IMG/VR virus record: IMGVR_UViG_3300025389_001457
Coordinates: 1-62,859 of that record
DNA length: 62,859 bases
Strand: one strand, 5' to 3'
Source of the DNA: a virus
Taxonomy: Duplodnaviria > Caudoviricetes
Position numbers and translations under genes: made by a program
Notes under the pieces: generated by a model
Told to the model about the DNA's origin: nothing
Seen by the model: only the letters and a program-made list of their open reading frames with translations
The model's database searches: none
Shown: positions 58,101 to 62,859 of the stretch, piece after piece
Position numbering within the stretch: position 1 is the first letter of the stretch
Layout: the number at the start of each line of letters is the position of its first letter

Positions 58101-60013
58101 GGATAGAAAACAACGAAGAATATACTTGGGGTAGATTCATAAGTCGCAATGGCATTGATGATATGTATGACTTTATGCGTTGGGTAAATCGCAATACTCG
58201 TGAATCGCTATCTTGGCCATATTATACATTTAGCAGCAGTAGAGAAGAACCAACAACAGATATTGGCGATGTTGTTGATGATTTTAGACGCAATACTGGT
58301 TATAAGGCACGAGCAAGCAGTGGTTATCATGGAGCAGATCGTGATGAAACCACTTGGATATTTGAACCAGATAGTTCGCTAGATAGCCCAAGCAACGATG
58401 GCGACGGTGGCATTGAACTTGTATCACCACCTATGAACCTAGAAGATGGTTTGGCTGCGTTAGAGAATGTATTCAGTTGGGCAAAGAGCAATGATTATTA
58501 TACTAACCGCACAACTGGTTTCCATATTGGCGTGTCTATTCCACTACAAACAATGGAAAACATTGACCATCTTAAAGTAATCATGTTGCTTGGCGATGAA
58601 TATGTATTAAAAGCATTTGGTCGTGCTGGCTCACGTTGGACCAAGAGTAGTTTTGACCAAGCCAAACGTGAAGTGCGTGGCAGAGCAGCCCGAAAGAATG
58701 TGCCAGCAATCCTTGACAAGATGCGTGGTGGATTGCAAGATATTGCTAAACAAGAAATCAACAAACTGTTGGTTCCTCGTGGCGACCGCTATGTTAGCGT
58801 AAACATCAAGCCAAATTATATTGAGTTCCGCAGTGCTGGTGGCAATTACTTTGAGCAATATGAAGAAATCCGCAAGACCATGTTGCGTTATGTTCGTGTT
58901 ATGGCAGCAGCGGCTGATCCAGAAGATGCAAGCAGAGAATATCAAAAGAAACTGTATAAGTTTGTAAGTGCTGGTATAGGTGAAAAAGACAATACTATGC
59001 AGCTATTCGCCAAGTATACTGCTGGCGCTATTGACAAAGAACAACTTGTTAAAGAATTACGCACTGCCCAAGAGCGTCGTAAGCCTGTTGCACCACTTGG
59101 GTCTGGTCCAGTTGATGGTTTCCTAGAAGATGAAAACGGTGATCAAGTTGTAAAGATCAAGGGAACAAACCCATATGAAATGATTGAACTTGGTGTGAAG
59201 TTTGCTAACACTCGTCAGATACCATTGGGTGATACAAACCTACGTTATCCTGGTTACAGTATGGTTCGTGTGCAATATTATTCTACACACCAAACTGAAA
59301 AGGATAGTGTAACACTGGTTTATATACCTGCTGTTGATTTATACAATACGTATAGTAGTGAAATAACAAAAACCGCTGTTCCTGTTGCAGAAAAACATTG
59401 GGGTTTAAGTAAATTACCAATAGAACGTTTTGCTGTGAGAGTGCTAGACGAGTATTCGCTACAATATATGCGTGATGAAATGATGCGCATTACGTCTCGT
59501 GGTGAAGATCGTGCGCCAACACCACCACAAGCACAAGCACAGGCACAAGCCGCACCAGATAGCGATGATGAGGGCAGACAAGTTAGATATATCTTGAAAT
59601 ATACATCTAACGGCAACGAACTTACTAACTTTTCTACAAGTAGTCCAAGTCAAGCAAAAATATATAGTAATAATTTGGTAAGAAATAACAGTCAACTTCG
59701 CTGGGGCGGAACATTTGGCGGTGTTCGTGGTGTTGTATTGTTTAGAGTTGATCCAGATACCCAAGAACAAGAATTGTTCTACATGGGTCCAGGCGAGGCT
59801 ATTGTAAATCAACCTGCTGCTGAACCTGCGCCAGCATCTAGACCTAACGTTGCAAATCCAGGTGGTCGTGGAACTTATGCTTTATTTGTTCAAAATGGGA
59901 CGCAGATATCCGAAGAATTAGAATTTAATTCGTATCAAGATGCGCTGCGCCATTTCACACCGCTGGCGAATAGTTCAGGTTTCACAGGTTGGAGCGTAAA
60001 GCAACTATCATAA
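55187..60013 (+). CDS. tandem double amidoligase (COOH-NH2 ligase-like) with small repeated domains
   Basis: Twice: G.E.E, EPDSSL, G.E.VSPP, TG.H, EFRS.GG; ILNE[VI]NMSP opens each half. Confidence 0.8.
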   Translation: MSDKDLILEEILNEVNMSPSALRAAVAKIPNAKAGLEFELIVTNLEEEEDDDYDPYEDFESEPDYDQDERISTASFNALAQDVMQFFNGDHNSRRDVNRAIDLMREAWSDYIEGPLWDNYTSARIQDFIDQRYGRDYANQAELFKEIDTIDPYEEFKSRYFQTWVDNLEDDDNIDDYLEQFLEDNYGGQYMSNLASDSSLGLSWPVWTEPDYYDRRTRSTVDVGDFRRAVGMKTIKSGSYHGITKPNDAYVIEPDSSLQPTRGKGGEGLEFVSPPLDIPTMIDQINKVKAWAKDGNAYTNDKTGLHMNISILGYKLDKLDYVKLALFLGDKYILEKFGRLGNSYARSAFEQIASFIKQNPEKANKAVDAMRQNLNLVASKLIHSGYTNKFTSINTKDNRVEFRSPGGNWLDMDTDEVVNTLLRVVYAMNIALDPEAERKEYQKKFSKLLTADKKDETDTIKYFTQFATGNMPRSALISFVKTAQSKRDFAKKAKAEKPNDPYAKQQGDDTPYVDYTGMAGITFQIISRVTGEELESFVVSPRLTYSDVYDIATRKVRASGRSFDLVALKDTRDGEVSDILTREPIHNTVSPSTPSIQPMYVIRRANTQQAVSQFRAPDNEQARDIATRMAREYGYRDSDWFLSLASDDTNRPIPGAGTQALQLPSGGAATYVVVNRSDGTELLTTQAQSFYAATQAAQRFAQERSLPLASIAIRSPNNNNLWDTQGQLIPQPSPQPEQPRQYTQAEIDRGYDITGNAIPANATATSSNITATEGVKYQIIARGGVVHEFRAASPRGAERYAESWSNEHLGDESYEVQLAPRSESIEESILNEINMSPTSLEKFADTPFAKSMKVGFETEMYIPGLGGEEGEEEEEEDMDANEEFPSSASYRDRQRDVMNFFSGNYNTRRDVESALDALYEAFSEYQYETYDNEFEGTDDYNDAVQEELGDTPMGEASERELDDAKDNVRTAWIENNEEYTWGRFISRNGIDDMYDFMRWVNRNTRESLSWPYYTFSSSREEPTTDIGDVVDDFRRNTGYKARASSGYHGADRDETTWIFEPDSSLDSPSNDGDGGIELVSPPMNLEDGLAALENVFSWAKSNDYYTNRTTGFHIGVSIPLQTMENIDHLKVIMLLGDEYVLKAFGRAGSRWTKSSFDQAKREVRGRAARKNVPAILDKMRGGLQDIAKQEINKLLVPRGDRYVSVNIKPNYIEFRSAGGNYFEQYEEIRKTMLRYVRVMAAAADPEDASREYQKKLYKFVSAGIGEKDNTMQLFAKYTAGAIDKEQLVKELRTAQERRKPVAPLGSGPVDGFLEDENGDQVVKIKGTNPYEMIELGVKFANTRQIPLGDTNLRYPGYSMVRVQYYSTHQTEKDSVTLVYIPAVDLYNTYSSEITKTAVPVAEKHWGLSKLPIERFAVRVLDEYSLQYMRDEMMRITSRGEDRAPTPPQAQAQAQAAPDSDDEGRQVRYILKYTSNGNELTNFSTSSPSQAKIYSNNLVRNNSQLRWGGTFGGVRGVVLFRVDPDTQEQELFYMGPGEAIVNQPAAEPAPASRPNVANPGGRGTYALFVQNGTQISEELEFNSYQDALRHFTPLANSSGFTGWSVKQLS

Positions 60014-60055
60014 TTAAGGCTTGACTTATCCACATAACAAGTGGTAGTATATGAT

Positions 60056-60622
60056 ATGAAAATTAATATTATGTTACAAGCAACGTATTGCAATAATCGT
60101 TGGCCACAATTAAAAATATACAATAATGGAATTGTGTTAGATGATTATCTTTGCAATCAAACCCATATAATTTTAGAATATGATGTTGTAACAAAACAAG
60201 ATAATCAATTAAAATTAGAATTTTATAATAAATGCTTTGGTGATGGTGGCATATGGGATGTTAGTAATAGCGGCGAGATGAAATTAAAGTTAGTTGATTT
60301 GGCATTTGATGATGTTTCAATTGATCATTTAATTCATACATTAGAATATGAAACCAATTGGACACCAAACCAATTAATATATGAACCACAAGAAAGTATT
60401 AAAAATTATAGTAAGTATTGTAGCAATGGAATAATGTCATTTAATGGGTGTTTCATTTTTGAATACTCTATGCCAATTTATAATTTTTTGATTAATAAAA
60501 AATATAAAAAGCAATACAATTCTAATTTAGCGTATTTTAGTAATTATACAGAATCTTTTCACTATGAAACAGGCATAGATAAAATTGCAGAGATTAGAAA
60601 GATAATTAAAACGCATGACTAA
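60056..60622 (+). CDS. hypothetical protein (paralog of 50311)
   Basis: WP.L.I..N, NK, FNG.....Y..P.Y; coupled to a radical SAM gene. Confidence 0.65.
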   Translation: MKINIMLQATYCNNRWPQLKIYNNGIVLDDYLCNQTHIILEYDVVTKQDNQLKLEFYNKCFGDGGIWDVSNSGEMKLKLVDLAFDDVSIDHLIHTLEYETNWTPNQLIYEPQESIKNYSKYCSNGIMSFNGCFIFEYSMPIYNFLINKKYKKQYNSNLAYFSNYTESFHYETGIDKIAEIRKIIKTHD

Positions 60623-62108
60623 TATTTTAGTTTTATCAATTCCAAGAATAGAACCACATAGACCGCCGTTGGGTGTATCTATCTTAGGAACTGTATGTGA
60701 AAATGCTGGTCATAATGTTACAGTAGCAGATTTAAATATAAAATTTTTCAATCATTGTAAAACACACGGAGTTGATTACTTTAATTTTGATGACATATGG
60801 GATTCATATCGTGAAGAAACGCTTGCAGAATCAAAATTTATTGACCAATTTATTGTACAATTTATAAATGATTATAATCTTAATTCTTATGATTATATTA
60901 TGCTTAGTATTTTTGGCATCAGTAATCATATTTTTGCTGAAAAATTATTAGAAAAAATAGCACCAAATCGTAATTATAAAATATTAGTGGGTGGAAGCGG
61001 TGCTTTTATTTCTCTAAAAAATTCAAATAGTATAGTTGTTGATAATTTTAAAAGCAGAAATTTAATAGATGATTATATTCGTGGCGAATGCGAAGAGTCA
61101 GTGCTGCAATATTTGCAGCATGGCAATGGCAGTGGAATTAATAACAGCAATTTCAAACAAATTTCTAATCTTGACTCTTTGCCTATACTCAGTTACAAAT
61201 TTTTAAATCTTGATGAATATGATTATTTGAATAATAAAAAGAGTGTTTATATAGAAGGCAGTCGTGGTTGTGTCCGTAGCTGTACATACTGTGATGTTGT
61301 AGCTTATTGGCCAAAATATAGATTTCGTAGCGGAAAGCATATTGCAAGCGAAATTATAAAACATTACGAAACACATGGCGTAACTGATTTTTATTTTACT
61401 GATAGTTTAGTAAATGGCAGTCTAAAAGCATTTTCAGAAATGTGTAATGTGCTTGCCAATCATAATTTTACTGATAAAATTAGTTGGAGCGGACAATTTA
61501 TTTTTAGAGATCGACGTAGTGTGCAGCCTGAACACTTTGAAATGATTGCCAAAGCTGGTGGTGATACTTTTTTTGTTGGAATTGAAACAGGCAGTGATCG
61601 CGTTCGCAAGGCAATGGGTAAAAATTTTTCTAATGATGATATTGAATATCAATTAGAACAATTTCATAAAAATAAACTTAAAACAACTTTCTTAATGTTT
61701 CCTGGTTATGTTACAGAAACCATTGAGGATCATAATGATACACTTAATATGTTACAAAGATGGCAAAAGTATGTTGCTAACGGTGTCATCAATGGTTTAG
61801 AACTTGGTTCGCCACTTGTTTTCCTAGAAAATAGTCCGCTTGCTCACATGATAGATGAATATAAAATTAAATTTTTAGAACTTGATAATATTTCAAACAA
61901 AAGATTTTGGATAAGAGAAGATGATCCAGAATATAATTTTATTACTCGTGTCGAGCGACAACTTGAGTTATATGAAGAAGCTGTAAAATATAACTGGCCG
62001 ATTTGGAGATTTACAAGTAGAGCAGAATCTCTACTAAATTCTGTAAAAACATATTATAAAAACATCGAAAATAACGCAGAATATAAAAAATTACCTGTGA
62101 TAAATTAA
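60615..62108 (+). CDS. B12-binding-type radical SAM protein
   Basis: PPLG, GG, GE.E, SRGCVRSCTYC, FTDSLVNG, GIETGS, GY.TET.ED. Confidence 0.88.
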   Translation: MTNILVLSIPRIEPHRPPLGVSILGTVCENAGHNVTVADLNIKFFNHCKTHGVDYFNFDDIWDSYREETLAESKFIDQFIVQFINDYNLNSYDYIMLSIFGISNHIFAEKLLEKIAPNRNYKILVGGSGAFISLKNSNSIVVDNFKSRNLIDDYIRGECEESVLQYLQHGNGSGINNSNFKQISNLDSLPILSYKFLNLDEYDYLNNKKSVYIEGSRGCVRSCTYCDVVAYWPKYRFRSGKHIASEIIKHYETHGVTDFYFTDSLVNGSLKAFSEMCNVLANHNFTDKISWSGQFIFRDRRSVQPEHFEMIAKAGGDTFFVGIETGSDRVRKAMGKNFSNDDIEYQLEQFHKNKLKTTFLMFPGYVTETIEDHNDTLNMLQRWQKYVANGVINGLELGSPLVFLENSPLAHMIDEYKIKFLELDNISNKRFWIREDDPEYNFITRVERQLELYEEAVKYNWPIWRFTSRAESLLNSVKTYYKNIENNAEYKKLPVIN

Positions 62109-62170
62109 ACTTGACTTTGTATTCAACTATGTTATAATAAAATATGACAAAATTACGGATAAATAATTTC

Positions 62171-62701
62171 ATGCGTATAGATGAAGTCGTAAAGACTGAA
62201 TTCAAGGTCTATTTGGATATGGATGGCGTACTTGCTGATTTTTTTGGCGAGTGGGCTAGACTTGACGGAAAAGACCATTATAAAGATATTGATAATCCAG
62301 AAGCAAAGCTACAACTTGTGCGAGATCATCCTACATTTTGGATAGACCTTCCCTTACTTCCTCATGCAAGGGAACTTGTTCGCACTGTCAAAGAAACATT
62401 TGGTGAATATTACATTTGTTCAACTCCACTTGCTGGCGATACTCGTAGCGAAAGTGGCAAACGTGCTTGGATTAGCATGCATTTTAGCGATATGTTGCCA
62501 AGTGGAATTGAATTAACACACAATAAAGCACAGTTTGCAACAAATGAACGTGGCGTTTCAAACATTCTTGTTGATGATTATGGTAAAAATATAGCTGCTT
62601 GGCAAATGGCTGGCGGTATTGGTATAAAATACGAAGATCAAAATTTCTCCCAAGTTAAAAAAACCTTAATTAGGTTTGCTAAAATGGGAGCACTAGCATG
62701 A
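62171..62701 (+). CDS. 5'(3')-deoxyribonucleotidase (HAD) with CTS-like N-terminus
   Basis: MRIDEVVKTE; YLDMDGVLADF, K..W, ILVDD..KN...W...GG.GI. Confidence 0.85.
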   Translation: MRIDEVVKTEFKVYLDMDGVLADFFGEWARLDGKDHYKDIDNPEAKLQLVRDHPTFWIDLPLLPHARELVRTVKETFGEYYICSTPLAGDTRSESGKRAWISMHFSDMLPSGIELTHNKAQFATNERGVSNILVDDYGKNIAAWQMAGGIGIKYEDQNFSQVKKTLIRFAKMGALA

Positions 62702-62711
62702 GGGGACTAAG

Positions 62712-62859
62712 ATGCGTGATTCACAATGGCTCCAAGTTACAAACTTATGGGAAGAATTCCAACAAACAACAATATACCAACAGCCTGTCAATTTAAAAAG
62801 ACAGGCTTTATTTTTTCTGCGAAAAAAAATTAATAGAAAAATTACACGCAGTGATATAC
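62712..62859 (+). CDS. hypothetical protein (3' partial)
   Basis: SD GAGGGG; frame open to the window end. Confidence 0.45.
   Translation, partial: MRDSQWLQVTNLWEEFQQTTIYQQPVNLKRQALFFLRKKINRKITRSDI

Noticed and set aside
51969-60013. Inteins or introns explaining the two very long ORFs
   Set aside because: No C/S...HN-C/S/T splice motifs or homing-endonuclease motifs, and no frame interruptions.
1-62859. Stop-codon reassignment (TAG is rare as a stop)
   Set aside because: Long genes are intact in the standard code, TAG ends the clamp-loader gene (40007) at the expected length, and no suppressor tRNA is present in the window.
1-62859. Bacterial chromosome or integrated prophage
   Set aside because: Host-like genes are interspersed with T4-like late promoters, virion and lysis genes; no integrase, rRNA or bacterial operon context.

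Overview
A 62.9-kb, AT-rich, gene-dense segment of a large (jumbo-type) tailed phage genome in the standard genetic code, with most genes on the + strand. The host is probably an alphaproteobacterium (inference from the IF-1 and HiPIP-type sequences). Recognisable content: five tRNAs, RNA-repair enzymes (Rnl1-like ligase, split PNK kinase and phosphatase), clamp loader, a stand-alone DnaE fragment, GroES, DnaJ, ClpA, IF-1, IscA, MazG, PhoH, SpeD, GH19 endolysin, spanins and holin, three large virion proteins and a candidate type II R-M pair. Many scattered AT-rich genes encode glycan or small-molecule modifying enzymes (SGNH, radical SAM, NDP-sugar C-methyltransferase, amidinotransferase, 'TEK' family). 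The most striking signal is a set of late genes with T4-like capsid-targeting or prohead-protease motifs (I/L/V-x-E), including two apparent polyproteins. One (51969-55169) joins HIGH-type NTase, RyR-like, HiPIP and ART-like modules; the other (55187-60013) holds two amidoligases. Together they suggest a virion-packaged, proteolytically released enzyme cargo. Also notable: pervasive leaderless late genes (TAA[A/G/C]TA-N4-5-ATG), hairpins enclosing late promoters, two tRNAs with compensatory replacement of the G19-C56 pair, and a candidate A-rich repeat sRNA. All product calls come from motif recognition by eye; no database searches were run.
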